Below are positions 10,163 through 20,430 of a stretch of DNA of 64,000 bases, piece by piece. Position numbers and translations under genes: made by a program. Under the pieces are notes generated by a model, which was not told where the DNA came from, searched no databases, and saw nothing but the letters and a program-made list of their open reading frames with translations. Where the stretch lies: positions 32,001 through 96,000 of the forward strand of contig CAWBCJ010000029.1 in assembly GCA_963787255.1 (NCBI GenBank). The letters are read 5' to 3'. The DNA comes from Methanobacteriota archaeon (GTDB taxonomy: Archaea; Methanobacteriota; Methanobacteria; Methanobacteriales; Methanobacteriaceae). Within the stretch, counting starts at the first letter, position 1. Each line of letters begins with the position of its first letter.

Positions 10163-10290
10163 TTTATAATAGCAATTTTAGCACCGATAATTGCCAGTGT
10201 GGTCTCTAAATTGAAAATACCTGCCGTAGTGCTCGAAATTTGTTTAGGTATTATATATAGGTCCTCAGGTGCTTGGACTGGTTCATCTCA
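10163..10290 (+). pseudogene. Remnant of a CPA2-family cation:proton antiporter N-terminus
   Basis: Reads FIIAILAPIIASVVSKLKIPAVVLEICLGII, then after a frameshift IGPQVLGLVH; no valid in-frame start; truncated. Confidence 0.6.
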
Positions 10291-10372
10291 TCTGTAATTC
10301 TTTTTCCACTTATTGCATTGAATGTTACGCAATAGAGTAGCAAAAAAAATAATTTTTAAAATAAGTAAATAA

Positions 10373-10870
10373 TTATCTGTAAATGGATTTTCCATGGGCT
10401 ACTGCAACAATTCCCGGAATCCTATCAACTTCAAGCTCAAAAATAGCTTCCATTCCTTCCTCTTTAAATGCTGCAACTTTTTTGGATTTAATCTTACTGG
10501 TAAGAAGTGCTGCTGCAGGAGGAGTAACTACAAAAATAGAATTTTCTTTTTTAAGCGCTTCCATTGTATCTTCGCTTAAAGCTCCCTTTCCTATGTGAAT
10601 TTTAACTCCCGCTTTTGCAAGATATGGAATATTTTCTTGAATTTCTTCTTTATTGCTTGTTGTAGGTGCTATTCCTGCATCGCTTACAGCAGTGTGCATT
10701 ATGGCAGATCCTTGAATATCAATAAGTTTTTTACCGTTTTTTATTGATTTAACAAGTCTGGGGAGTGCTGCATCTCTGCCTGTGTAGATTTTGCCGCTTA
10801 TTTCGATCTTGTCTCCAACTTGAAGATCTTTAATTATCTCATCAGTTACTGGCACTTTAATTAGTTTCAT
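10373..10870 (-). CDS. Fe-S hydro-lyase (fumarate/tartrate dehydratase) beta subunit
   Basis: L.VGD.I.ISG.IYTGRDAA, PTTS, IGKG, GMEAI motifs. Confidence 0.88.
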   Translation of the reverse strand: MKLIKVPVTDEIIKDLQVGDKIEISGKIYTGRDAALPRLVKSIKNGKKLIDIQGSAIMHTAVSDAGIAPTTSNKEEIQENIPYLAKAGVKIHIGKGALSEDTMEALKKENSIFVVTPPAAALLTSKIKSKKVAAFKEEGMEAIFELEVDRIPGIVAVAHGKSIYR

Positions 10871-10876
10871 GGTTAA

Positions 10877-12106
10877 TCATTTGCCCTGTAGTGTTTTATC
10901 AACTAATTTTATAGATGCATTCCTTTCATTATCTTGATGCATACCATCTACAACATGTTTTGTATAAATGGAAGATAGGTCTTTCAGGAATTCTTGGACA
11001 TGTTCTTCTTTAATATGGGGCATAACTACAATTCGTATGGCTTTAGGATATGCAGAAACTGAAACCATCCATCCTTTCTCTTCAAGTTCACTGCAGATTT
11101 CATCAATTTCTATTTCATCAGATTTAAACCCGACAAGGTTTAATTCTGGTTTTCGAATCAACTTAAATCCTGATTCTTGAATACCCTTTGCAAGAACTTC
11201 AGTAACTTTCATACATCTTTCTGCAACCTCACCATAGCCCTCTTTTCCAAAATATTTCATTAGTGCCCATGTTGCCGCTGATGATGCGCCTGTTCTTGTA
11301 CCCACTATGGTAGATTGCTCTTTTTCTGTTAAATAGGGTGTTTCAGTGCTTATACTTTTAAGATAAGTTCTATCTCTAAACAGAATGCATCCGGTAGGAA
11401 TTGGTGCTAATCCCATTTTATGAGGATCTATCGTGATTGAAGAAACTCCTTTAAGTGAAAAATCAAATTTAGGAAAATTATAACCAATATGATTTAAAAA
11501 TGGAATTGAAAACCCACCGAAAGCAGCATCAACGTGTAAATAAATGTTATTTCGGGTGCAAAGATTTGAAAGTTCTTCTATTGGATCAATAACTCCAAGT
11601 TCTGTTGTTCCAGCTATGCCAACTATTGCAATAGTTTTTGGAGATATTAACTCTTTAACAGATTCTATATCTACGCAGTAATTTTCATCAAGTTCTGCTT
11701 CTCTTATTTTTAAACATAGCATGTCCGCTGCTTTTTTAAAGGAAAAATGGGCAGATTTAGGAATGATTATCTCTGGATTTTTCACATTGCTTGAATTTCT
11801 GGCTGCTCTCATTGCCATGATGTTTGCTTCTGTGCCGCCAGTTATTATGTGCCCACAGACGTCTTTTTTACCAAGAAGACTTCCAAGCATTTCGATAACT
11901 TCTTTTTCCATTTGCCGGGTGCCTTTAAAAAGACCAGAATCTCCTAAATTGGATTCTAAGAACATGTAATATGCTTCCACACCGATTTCGTGGGGACATG
12001 TGCACATTGAGCCAAGTATTCGGCCCGATTTGTAGGTCATATCCTCTCTTTTAAACTCTCTGAGTTTTTCTGATATTTCCTGTTTTTTAGTTCCTTTTTT
12101 ATCCAT
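10877..12106 (-). CDS. mfnA: L-tyrosine/L-aspartate decarboxylase (methanofuran and CoA pathways)
   Basis: ILGSMCT, TGGTEAN, HVDAAFGG, IDPHK PLP lysine, GTRTGA. Confidence 0.93.
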   Translation of the reverse strand: MDKKGTKKQEISEKLREFKREDMTYKSGRILGSMCTCPHEIGVEAYYMFLESNLGDSGLFKGTRQMEKEVIEMLGSLLGKKDVCGHIITGGTEANIMAMRAARNSSNVKNPEIIIPKSAHFSFKKAADMLCLKIREAELDENYCVDIESVKELISPKTIAIVGIAGTTELGVIDPIEELSNLCTRNNIYLHVDAAFGGFSIPFLNHIGYNFPKFDFSLKGVSSITIDPHKMGLAPIPTGCILFRDRTYLKSISTETPYLTEKEQSTIVGTRTGASSAATWALMKYFGKEGYGEVAERCMKVTEVLAKGIQESGFKLIRKPELNLVGFKSDEIEIDEICSELEEKGWMVSVSAYPKAIRIVVMPHIKEEHVQEFLKDLSSIYTKHVVDGMHQDNERNASIKLVDKTLQGK

Positions 12107-12180
12107 TTTGATTCCCTAAAAAAATAATTAAATAAAAATTTAAAACAAAAAAAAATAATTTAAAAAATAAAATAATTTAT

Positions 12181-14472
12181 TTATTCTTGTAAACGCTTTC
12201 TTGCAGCTTTTAGGACGAGTTTCTTTTCAACTCTGGCCACAACTTCCCTTACAGTTGCAACTGCATCTGTGTTTGCAGAAACGCTTTCAATTCCAGCTTC
12301 AACAAGTTTTTCAACAATATCAGGCATGCTTCCAGCCTGTCCGCAGATACTTGTTTTTACTCCTGCTTTATTACATGCATTTATAACATAAACTAAGAGT
12401 TTTAGTACTGCTGGATGTTTTTCAGTGTAAAGACCAGCAACATGTTCGTTGTTTCTGTCAATTGCAAGTGTATATTGAGTCAAATCGTTTGTTCCAAAGC
12501 TTACAAAGTCAACTCCTTCAGCAATGAAGTCCTCAATAGTAAGAGCTGCGCCAGGTGTCTCCACCATTATACCAAACTCGATTGTTTTTTGAGGTTTTAA
12601 ACCTACTTCTTCTGCTATTTGTTTGGCTTTCCTGAGCTCATCTGGGTGCTGAACTAGTGGAATCATTATTCCAATGTTGGTGTATCCTTGCTCATGGAGC
12701 TTCTTAATAGCTTTAAATTCGGCTTTTAAGATTTCAGGCTCGTCTAATTCTCTTCTGATACCTCTCCATCCAAGCATGGGGTTGTGTTCGTATGGCTCGT
12801 TTTCTCCACCGTCAAGAGACTTAAATTCGTCTGTTGGAGCGTCAAGAGTTCGGTACCATACTGGTTTTGGATAGAATTCATCTACAACCTTAAGGATGTT
12901 TTCAACAAGGATTTTTATTAGTTCATCCTCTCTACCATCCATTATGAACTTTTTAGGGTGAACTCCAGATGTTAGCATCATGTGTTCAGTTCTAAGAAGA
13001 CCTACACCATCTGCGCCAGTCGCTGCAGCTTTTTTAGCTGCTTCAGGCATGCTGACATTTACTTTTACTTCTGTAACTGTGATAATAGGTGCTTGTGCCA
13101 TCATGGCTGGCTGTTCTTCTGTTTCTTTTTTCTCTGATTCTGCAAGTTTTCCCTTGTAAACTGTTCCCTTGTTTCCATCGAGGGTTACAATTTCGTTTTC
13201 TTCAAGAATTTTTGTTGCATCGCTTGTTCCTACAACACAAGGTATTCCAAGCTCTCTTGAAACAATTGCAGCGTGACAGGTTACTCCACCTTCATCGGTG
13301 ATAATTCCATCGGCTCTTTTCATTGCAGGAACCATATCTGGAGTTGTCATTACAGTAACTAAAATGTCACCTTCTTCAATTTTATCAAGCTCGTCTGTAC
13401 TGCTGATAATTTTAACAGCGCCTGAAGCCATACCCGGACTTGCACCAAGTCCTTTAGTAACTATAGTTCTTTCTTCTTCTACGCCTTCTTCTTCAGCCCC
13501 ATTACCCATATTAAGTGTTGTTACGGGTCTTGATTGTAACATAAAGACTTTTCCATTATTTATTGCCCATTCGGTGTCCTGAGGTGAACCGTAGTGCTCA
13601 TGAATTCTTTTACCCATATTTGTAAGCTCAGTAAGTTCAGAAGTGCTTAAGACTTTCTTATTTTTCATATCATCTGGAACTTCTATTTTTACGGTTTTTC
13701 CAGATTCCGGATCTTTTGTAAACATTATATTTTTTTCGCTGATTATAGATTCAAGTATTTCACCGGTTTTCTTGTCTACCCAGTAAGTATCTGGTGTAAC
13801 AGTACCTGATACTACCGCTTCTCCTAATCCCCAGGCTCCTTCAATCAATATTTTTTCTTCGCCTGTTGAAGGGTGTACTGTAAACATTACGCCTGCTTTT
13901 TCGGCGTCTACCATTTCTTGAACCACTACAGCGATATAAACCTTAGAATGATCAAAATTATGCTCTTCCCGGTAAAAAATAGCTCTGGACTCGAATAGTG
14001 ATGCCCAACATTTTTGTACATACTCTAAAACATCTTCTGTACCTTTAATATTTAAGAATGTGTCTTGTTGTCCTGCAAATGAGGCTTCAGGAAGGTCTTC
14101 TGCAGTTGCAGATGATCTTATAGCAACAAATGGACTTTCTTTGCCAATGCGCTGACCTAATGCATTATAAGCCTCTATTATGGTTGTTCTTATATCATCA
14201 GGCATATAAGAATCCATTATTATTTTCTTTATTTTAACTGATGATTCCTGAAGTTCTTTATTATTGTTGACATCTATAGCATCAAGAATGCCCATTATTT
14301 CATCAAAGATACCTGTTTCTTTTACAAATTTATCATAGGTTGCTGCTGTAATAACAAATCCTGGAGGTACAGGAATTCCTGCTTGGGTTAATTCCCCTAA
14401 ATTCGCGCCTTTTCCACCAGCAATTGCTACATCTTCCTTTTTAAGCTCTTCAAAAAATTCGACAAACTTCAT
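12181..14472 (-). CDS. ppsA: Phosphoenolpyruvate synthase
   Basis: GGKGANLGE, RSSATAED, TCHAAIVSRE phospho-His, SFGTNDL; start placed at ATG (MKFVEFF). Confidence 0.95.
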   Translation of the reverse strand: MKFVEFFEELKKEDVAIAGGKGANLGELTQAGIPVPPGFVITAATYDKFVKETGIFDEIMGILDAIDVNNNKELQESSVKIKKIIMDSYMPDDIRTTIIEAYNALGQRIGKESPFVAIRSSATAEDLPEASFAGQQDTFLNIKGTEDVLEYVQKCWASLFESRAIFYREEHNFDHSKVYIAVVVQEMVDAEKAGVMFTVHPSTGEEKILIEGAWGLGEAVVSGTVTPDTYWVDKKTGEILESIISEKNIMFTKDPESGKTVKIEVPDDMKNKKVLSTSELTELTNMGKRIHEHYGSPQDTEWAINNGKVFMLQSRPVTTLNMGNGAEEEGVEEERTIVTKGLGASPGMASGAVKIISSTDELDKIEEGDILVTVMTTPDMVPAMKRADGIITDEGGVTCHAAIVSRELGIPCVVGTSDATKILEENEIVTLDGNKGTVYKGKLAESEKKETEEQPAMMAQAPIITVTEVKVNVSMPEAAKKAAATGADGVGLLRTEHMMLTSGVHPKKFIMDGREDELIKILVENILKVVDEFYPKPVWYRTLDAPTDEFKSLDGGENEPYEHNPMLGWRGIRRELDEPEILKAEFKAIKKLHEQGYTNIGIMIPLVQHPDELRKAKQIAEEVGLKPQKTIEFGIMVETPGAALTIEDFIAEGVDFVSFGTNDLTQYTLAIDRNNEHVAGLYTEKHPAVLKLLVYVINACNKAGVKTSICGQAGSMPDIVEKLVEAGIESVSANTDAVATVREVVARVEKKLVLKAARKRLQE

Positions 14473-14485
14473 GCTAAACACTCTT

Positions 14486-14965
14486 TTATTTTATTAATTC
14501 TTCACCTTTTTCTACAATAATTCTACATGGAACTGGGAATTTCATTGCAGCCCTTCTTAGAGCTTCCTTTGCATCTTTGAAGTTTCTTTTATTTGTGTCT
14601 ATTGTTAAAACTTTTTGATCTGCTTTTGCTATTGCTACAGAGCTTACAGGTTTTCCGAATGCTTTTCTCATTCCGTCCTGTACCCTGTCCGCACCGGCAC
14701 CAGTTGCCATTGGATTTTCTCTAACGATATGATGAGGATAAACCCTTATTTTAAGATGATAACCCATTCTACCTGCCCTTCTTTGCATGTATCTGTTTGA
14801 TGCAATCCTTGCGGCTTCCAGTGAATTATGTGATAACTGTGCTGGCTTTTTTAGGGCAAGACTTACTTTTAAAGGGAACTCTGCTGAAAGATTTCCCATA
14901 TCATACTGAACTATCCTTGAACCAGGAATTTTTCTAATGTATTCTTTTCGTGTATATGCTCTCAT
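14486..14965 (-). CDS. rpl10e: 50S ribosomal protein L10e (uL16)
   Basis: [36 protein letters not shown]; start ATG 14965 after GGAGG. Confidence 0.96.
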   Translation of the reverse strand: MRAYTRKEYIRKIPGSRIVQYDMGNLSAEFPLKVSLALKKPAQLSHNSLEAARIASNRYMQRRAGRMGYHLKIRVYPHHIVRENPMATGAGADRVQDGMRKAFGKPVSSVAIAKADQKVLTIDTNKRNFKDAKEALRRAAMKFPVPCRIIVEKGEELIK

Positions 14966-15105
14966 TAATAATCCTCCTCTATTATAATTTCTTGGTCTAT
15001 AACTTAATAAATGCTTCCTTCTATATATACAGATGATCATTTATATAATATAGAAATAGTAACTATCTCATTGGTCATATGATCACTTATAAATAGGTGG
15101 AAGTT

Positions 15106-15894
15106 ATGAAAATCGCGATAACCGGAAAAGGAGGGGTCGGTAAAACAACCCTTTCTGGAACATTAGCATGTATATTATCACAACATTATAAAGTATTCGC
15201 TATCGATGCTGATCCCGACATGAACCTAGCATCAAGTCTTGGTATAACCGAGCCAATTACCCCAATTTCCAAGATGAAAGACATGATAAAGGAAAGAACT
15301 GGTGCAGAGTCCGGAGCATCCTTTGGAGAAGTTTTTAAAATGAATCCAAAAATAAACGATCTTCCAGAATCTTTATCCATAAATTACGATGAGGAGGGTA
15401 ACTTAAAACTCCTTGTAATGGGTACCGTTGATAAAGGAGGCGAAGGATGTGTTTGTCCTGCTTCTGTACTTCTTAAAGCACTTATGCGCAACTTAATCCT
15501 TAAAAAGGACGAAATTATCATTTTAGATATGGAAGCTGGCGTGGAGCATCTAGGAAGAAAGACAGCAGAAGCAGTGGATTTAATGATTATAATTGTTGAG
15601 CCCGGCCTTAAGTCTCTTGAAACTGCAGAACGAATTAAAAGACTTGCATCAGACATTGGAATTTCCAAAATTGCCTGTGTGATAAATAAAATTTCCAATG
15701 AAACTGAAGAGAATTTTGTGGTTTCAAAACTTAAAGAAATGAATCTTGAAGTTATTGGAAGCATTCCACGGGATGAAGCGGTAATTATGGCCGATATGGA
15801 AGGAAAACCCCTTGTTGATTATCCTGATTCTGAAGCATTTAAATCAATAGAAAAAATTGCAGAAAATATTTTAAGATATAATTTAAGAGAATAA
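15106..15894 (+). CDS. cooC: CooC-family nickel-insertion ATPase
   Basis: GKGGVGKT deviant Walker A, GCVCP Ni-binding motif, DMEAGVEHLGR. Confidence 0.87.
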   Translation: MKIAITGKGGVGKTTLSGTLACILSQHYKVFAIDADPDMNLASSLGITEPITPISKMKDMIKERTGAESGASFGEVFKMNPKINDLPESLSINYDEEGNLKLLVMGTVDKGGEGCVCPASVLLKALMRNLILKKDEIIILDMEAGVEHLGRKTAEAVDLMIIIVEPGLKSLETAERIKRLASDIGISKIACVINKISNETEENFVVSKLKEMNLEVIGSIPRDEAVIMADMEGKPLVDYPDSEAFKSIEKIAENILRYNLRE

Positions 15895-15898
15895 GAAT

Positions 15899-16126
15899 AT
15901 GGAAATTGAATCCAAGATTACCTTTATGTATGGAACAGAGAAAGAAGCCCAGGTTGCTTTAGGTTCACTTAAACCAGATAATATGGATTTTATAAAGGCT
16001 TATGTTGAAGGTAGCAGTCTTATATGTGACTTAGAGTCGAGATCGCTACGAACAACCCTCGCAACAATAGACGACCTTCTATTCTGCGAGATGATGGCCG
16101 AAAAGATTATGGATTTTACAAGATAA
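15899..16126 (+). CDS. pcc1: KEOPS complex subunit Pcc1
   Basis: 75 aa; SLKPDN and SLRT..ATIDDLL pattern; upstream of serS. Confidence 0.75.
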   Translation: MEIESKITFMYGTEKEAQVALGSLKPDNMDFIKAYVEGSSLICDLESRSLRTTLATIDDLLFCEMMAEKIMDFTR

Positions 16127-16157
16127 TGAAGAATAATTTTTATTAGAAGGTGAAGAA

Positions 16158-17708
16158 ATGAAATTCACGCTTAAAGGTGAAATTACGTTCAGTAAAGATG
16201 CAACAAATGCAGAAGAAGATATTAAAAAGTTTATAGATGAAGCTAATGATGAAATATTTCTAAAGGGAGTTCCAGAAGACCAGAAACAAGATGCTTCAAA
16301 AATAATAAACTGGAATTTAAATAAGGACACCCTTGAAGTTGAAATGATATCAGGAAGACGTGGAAGAGCTCATGATGCGATCTTACGTGTGAAAAAACCA
16401 CTTACTCAACTTTTAGGTAAAAAATACCGTTTAGGTATCCGTAAAATCATTTTAACTGATTATAAGATTGAAATACCAATTGACGAAAGGGTAGAACTAA
16501 AAGACGTTCCCTACGTAGATAATTATATAATCAAAGACGATGCAATAGTTCTTGAATTTAAAGACCTTGAAGAAGGAGATTTAAGAAAACACATCATTGA
16601 CAGGGTTATTAAACATGTAACAAGTGCAGTTGCAAGCCATATCCCAGAAGCAGAATGCGGTCCTTCAGATATACTCACCAAACAGGTTACTAAAGTTGAA
16701 CCCGGCACAATTTTAGAAAAAAGCTGTATTCAAAAATATTTCTTTGAAGGAGACCCCACAGAAGAAGCTGCAAAACTTGGATGGGTTAAAAAATTCTCAG
16801 GTAGAGGCCAATGGTTCTATGCACCCCCACTTGTAGCACTGCAACGTGCTTTAGAAGACATATTCATAGAAAAAATGATTGAAAAGCTTGATTTTGATGA
16901 ATGCCTCTTTCCAAAACTAATTCCAATTCCAATAATGGAAAGGATGAAATACCTGGAAGGACTTCCAGAAGGAATGTACTACTGTTCTGCACCAAGAAGA
17001 GACCCTGAAACATTTAATAAATTCCGTGACGAACTTACAATTAAACGTGAAGTCCCTATCGATCTTCTAAAGGAAGGTTTAAAGGATCCTTCCTATGTAC
17101 TGGCGCCAGCACAATGCGAACCATTTTATGAGTTTTTAAGCCACCAAGTTGTTGACGAAAAAGACCTTCCAATTAAGTTCTTCGACAGAAGCGGATGGAC
17201 ATACCGTTGGGAAGCCGGAGGCGCGAAAGGGCTTGACCGCGTTCATGAATTCCAACGTATAGAGCTTGTATGGCTTGGAACACCAGAGCAAACCGAAAAA
17301 TTACGAGATCAGACTGTTGATATTTCCCATAAAATTGCAGACGAAATGGAACTTGATTGGTACACCGAAGTAGGCGATGATCCATTCTATCTTGAAGGTA
17401 GACGTGTCGAAGAAAGAGGAATCGAATTCCCTGATATCCCTAAAAAGGAAATGCGACTCAATGTACCTGGTCAAAAGAAAGGTGTTGCTGTAGTATCTGC
17501 AAACATTCACGGAACCCACTTTGTGGAAGGATTTTCAGTAAAAGAAACTCACAACAATAGAATATGGACGGGATGTACTGGTATCGGTTTAACCCGTTGG
17601 GTGTTTGGATTCCTTGCCCAGAAAGGTTTTGACCCTGAAAACTGGCCTGAAGATGTAAAAGAAAAATTTAAAGGCGTTAAGGTACCTAAGTTACTTACCT
17701 GGCCTTAA
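16158..17708 (+). CDS. serS: Serine--tRNA ligase, methanogen type
   Basis: SGRRGRAHDA..R N-domain, PAQCEPFY, YRWE.GG..GLDRVHEF.R.E, TGCTG. Confidence 0.95.
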   Translation: MKFTLKGEITFSKDATNAEEDIKKFIDEANDEIFLKGVPEDQKQDASKIINWNLNKDTLEVEMISGRRGRAHDAILRVKKPLTQLLGKKYRLGIRKIILTDYKIEIPIDERVELKDVPYVDNYIIKDDAIVLEFKDLEEGDLRKHIIDRVIKHVTSAVASHIPEAECGPSDILTKQVTKVEPGTILEKSCIQKYFFEGDPTEEAAKLGWVKKFSGRGQWFYAPPLVALQRALEDIFIEKMIEKLDFDECLFPKLIPIPIMERMKYLEGLPEGMYYCSAPRRDPETFNKFRDELTIKREVPIDLLKEGLKDPSYVLAPAQCEPFYEFLSHQVVDEKDLPIKFFDRSGWTYRWEAGGAKGLDRVHEFQRIELVWLGTPEQTEKLRDQTVDISHKIADEMELDWYTEVGDDPFYLEGRRVEERGIEFPDIPKKEMRLNVPGQKKGVAVVSANIHGTHFVEGFSVKETHNNRIWTGCTGIGLTRWVFGFLAQKGFDPENWPEDVKEKFKGVKVPKLLTWP

Positions 17709-17725
17709 TTTATTTATTTTTCTAT

Positions 17726-17765
17726 TAGTTTTTCTATTTTTTTGGAATAGAAAATAGAAAAATTA
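17726..17765. terminator. AT-rich 15-bp stem-loop between convergent serS and the FKBP gene
   Basis: TAGTTTTTCTATTTT / AAAATAGAAAAATTA with a 10-nt loop. Confidence 0.45.
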
Positions 17766-17919
17766 GATGATTAACTTAAAAGCTGCAAAGTTGGATTATA
17801 TATCAATTATTATTTTTTTTGTACTTTGGCCACTTTATGCTAAAATTAAAAGGAAGAATTCTAAAAAGAAAATTAGAAAGATAAACATAAGAGAGAAGTA
17901 AAAAGAAAAAGATTCAAAT

Positions 17920-18642
17920 TTATTCTTCTTCAGTTTCCTCTTCTTCTGTATTAACTTTTTTCTCGAATACATCCACAAATTCGACTCTGTTTATACCCAT
18001 GTTGTCCCATATGTCCCTTGCGATTCTGAATTTTGCATATGTAACCTGGTTATCGAATTTAGCCATTTCACTAAGGTAAATCATTACCTTTCCATCTTCT
18101 ATTTTTACTTCATGGTCTTCAGGTTTCATGTTAGGGTTAGGGTACTGGAGTTCTATAATTCCGTAAATTTTTTCTAGATTGTCTTCGATTATTTTTTCAA
18201 CTTCAACATCGTAGGTGAGTGTTTTTCCAGCAAACTCATTGTTAAAGTCTACTGTTACTCTTCCACCACCAATACTCCTGATTTTACCCGTATGTCCTTC
18301 CAGAGTTATACTCATACCTACTTGAGGTTTCATGTTCTGTTTTTGGAACTCACGCATTGGTATCATTTGTAATAGTTTTGGATCTCTTAAACCGAACCCA
18401 TCTTCGGGAGCTACTTCAATTGTCTTTTTTTCGCCTGCTTCCATTCCTACAAGGTCCTTGTCAAGTCCCTTCAAGACGTGACCTACTCCTACAGCAATTG
18501 GGATTGCACCAAAAGTCTTGTTTTCAGTTTTAAGACCTGCTTCTTCTGCAACTTCTTCGTTTGTTGTGTCAAAAATGTCACCGGTATCCTTAACCTTTCC
18601 AGTGTAGTTAAGCCTTATAAAATCTCCTTCTTTTACTGCCAT
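17920..18642 (-). CDS. Long-type archaeal FKBP peptidyl-prolyl isomerase (SlyD-like)
   Basis: YTG...G..FDTT, VTVDFN..AGKTL motifs, acidic tail. Confidence 0.92.
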   Translation of the reverse strand: MAVKEGDFIRLNYTGKVKDTGDIFDTTNEEVAEEAGLKTENKTFGAIPIAVGVGHVLKGLDKDLVGMEAGEKKTIEVAPEDGFGLRDPKLLQMIPMREFQKQNMKPQVGMSITLEGHTGKIRSIGGGRVTVDFNNEFAGKTLTYDVEVEKIIEDNLEKIYGIIELQYPNPNMKPEDHEVKIEDGKVMIYLSEMAKFDNQVTYAKFRIARDIWDNMGINRVEFVDVFEKKVNTEEEETEEE

Positions 18643-19733
18643 AATTCTATCCTCCTATGTGGTATGCTCTTTTTAAAGTTTTTAAGCGTTTTTTTATCTT
18701 TATAATTTAATATGCGAATAATGGATGGATATTTATCTATATATCGAGATAATGCATCTTTTTTTATTCTTGCTTCCAATGAAGATAATATCCTGGTTTT
18801 AAAGTGTCTGCTGAAGCCGCGTGAAATGCATTCTTCAACTTCTACAATGCTTTTAAAGGGTCTGCCTTTAATGATGTTTCTAACCGTGTTATCATCTAAA
18901 AGAGTCAATGATTTTAAATAGGTGTCAGAACCATTATTAACAAGCTCAATTATGCCTTTATCATCTCTTAAATTATGAAGTGGAGCCCTATTTGCTTCTA
19001 TTTCCCTTTCTAAAATCTCAATGGTTTGCTTGGGCAACATGTTACGGACTGATTCGAAATTATTGTTCAAAACAGCTTCCCTAATTTTAGTACCGCTTAC
19101 GCCTTCAATACGTTTTACAAATATGAATTTATCCTTGAAATCAAAATTGACTTTTGTCAAGGATTTTGAAAGAGATACAATAACGTAGTTATCTTCATGA
19201 AGCTTCCCACTAATTAAAACTTCCCTAGTATCCATATCAACAATTTTATAGGGTTTTGGAGCTACTCCCTTCCCATCCGATATTCTTTGGAGTATTTTTT
19301 CAAAACCAGGAATTGGTTTATAACCCCTAGGAATATAATCTGCATCCAATGCTTTAAAAATCTTTGCAAGACATAACGAATACTGCCCAGAACCCATTAT
19401 TCCCATGGGTGGGCCCTCTATAACAATATCTGCCCCAACAGCGACTGCAGAATCCGCCCTTGCATGACGTGTCATGATGTAGGGCAGTCCCCTGCCGCTA
19501 CGTTCAAATGGTCCCGGAACTACCGCAACAAATATTCCATCTTGAACCTGTTTTTTTGCCTCTATCATACAGTGTCTATGGCCCATATGTAATGGAGAAT
19601 ACTCAGTAAAGTCTGCAATTATTTTAAATGTATCTTCGGGCTCTAAATAGCATGGTTCTTTATTAAAGTCTTCCAGTAGGAGTTCTCGATCCCGGGAAAT
19701 ATAGTTTCTCACAAATTCTTCTTTGGAGATCAT
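18633..19733 (-). CDS. HIGH-motif nucleotidyltransferase (COG1323/TmcAL-like)
   Basis: TEYSPLHMGH, FERSGRGLP, SGTKIRE motifs. Confidence 0.8.
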   Translation of the reverse strand: MISKEEFVRNYISRDRELLLEDFNKEPCYLEPEDTFKIIADFTEYSPLHMGHRHCMIEAKKQVQDGIFVAVVPGPFERSGRGLPYIMTRHARADSAVAVGADIVIEGPPMGIMGSGQYSLCLAKIFKALDADYIPRGYKPIPGFEKILQRISDGKGVAPKPYKIVDMDTREVLISGKLHEDNYVIVSLSKSLTKVNFDFKDKFIFVKRIEGVSGTKIREAVLNNNFESVRNMLPKQTIEILEREIEANRAPLHNLRDDKGIIELVNNGSDTYLKSLTLLDDNTVRNIIKGRPFKSIVEVEECISRGFSRHFKTRILSSLEARIKKDALSRYIDKYPSIIRILNYKDKKTLKNFKKSIPHRRIELWQ

Positions 19734-19851
19734 GTTGTTATATTTAAAAGCATTTAAATAAATGATTTTTCATGCTTCATTATTACTTCAAAATAATAAT
19801 GAATATAAATTTAAATAAGAATATCCAATATAAGTTAGGGGGACTTCATAG

Positions 19852-20385
19852 TTGAAAAAATACATTTTTATAATATTTCTCTTGTTTTTTGTTGCTGTAG
19901 TATCAGGATGCACCCGTTTAGAGCAAGATAATCAAACTTATGGAAATACAAACTACACCCTAACGGATAAAGACTCTAAAACAAAGTATTATGATGACAA
20001 TAGCATTTCATTTGATTATCCCAACAACTGGAACATAACAGTAAATAATTATAGTGTTTCTTTATTTAATGGCAGGAAACAGATCACCATTGAAAAACCC
20101 GGAATAACTGTTGCTTATAAATCTGAAAATACTTCCAGAAAGAACGTTTCTGCAACTGTTCCATTACCTCAAGCAGTTATATCAAATAAAACAATTACTA
20201 TTGATGGATTGAAAGCCCAAAAAATTACCTATAAAACAAAAGGCAGTTCTGGACCATCAAGGATGGAAATAACTATTAATAAAAATGGTGAATCATTCAA
20301 AATATATTTTTATGCACCGGAAGATGAATTTAATAATGCTGAATCAGATTTTAGCATAATAATCAACAGTTTAAAAATAAAATAA
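19852..20385 (+). CDS. PsbP/DcrB-like lipoprotein
   Basis: Signal peptide ending VSGC lipobox; ISFDYPNNW, ITIDG..A, F..II.SL motifs. Confidence 0.8.
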   Translation: MKKYIFIIFLLFFVAVVSGCTRLEQDNQTYGNTNYTLTDKDSKTKYYDDNSISFDYPNNWNITVNNYSVSLFNGRKQITIEKPGITVAYKSENTSRKNVSATVPLPQAVISNKTITIDGLKAQKITYKTKGSSGPSRMEITINKNGESFKIYFYAPEDEFNNAESDFSIIINSLKIK

Positions 20386-20430
20386 CTCCAATTGAATAAT
20401 TCATATATAATTGGTTTAACTGGAAGTTGC

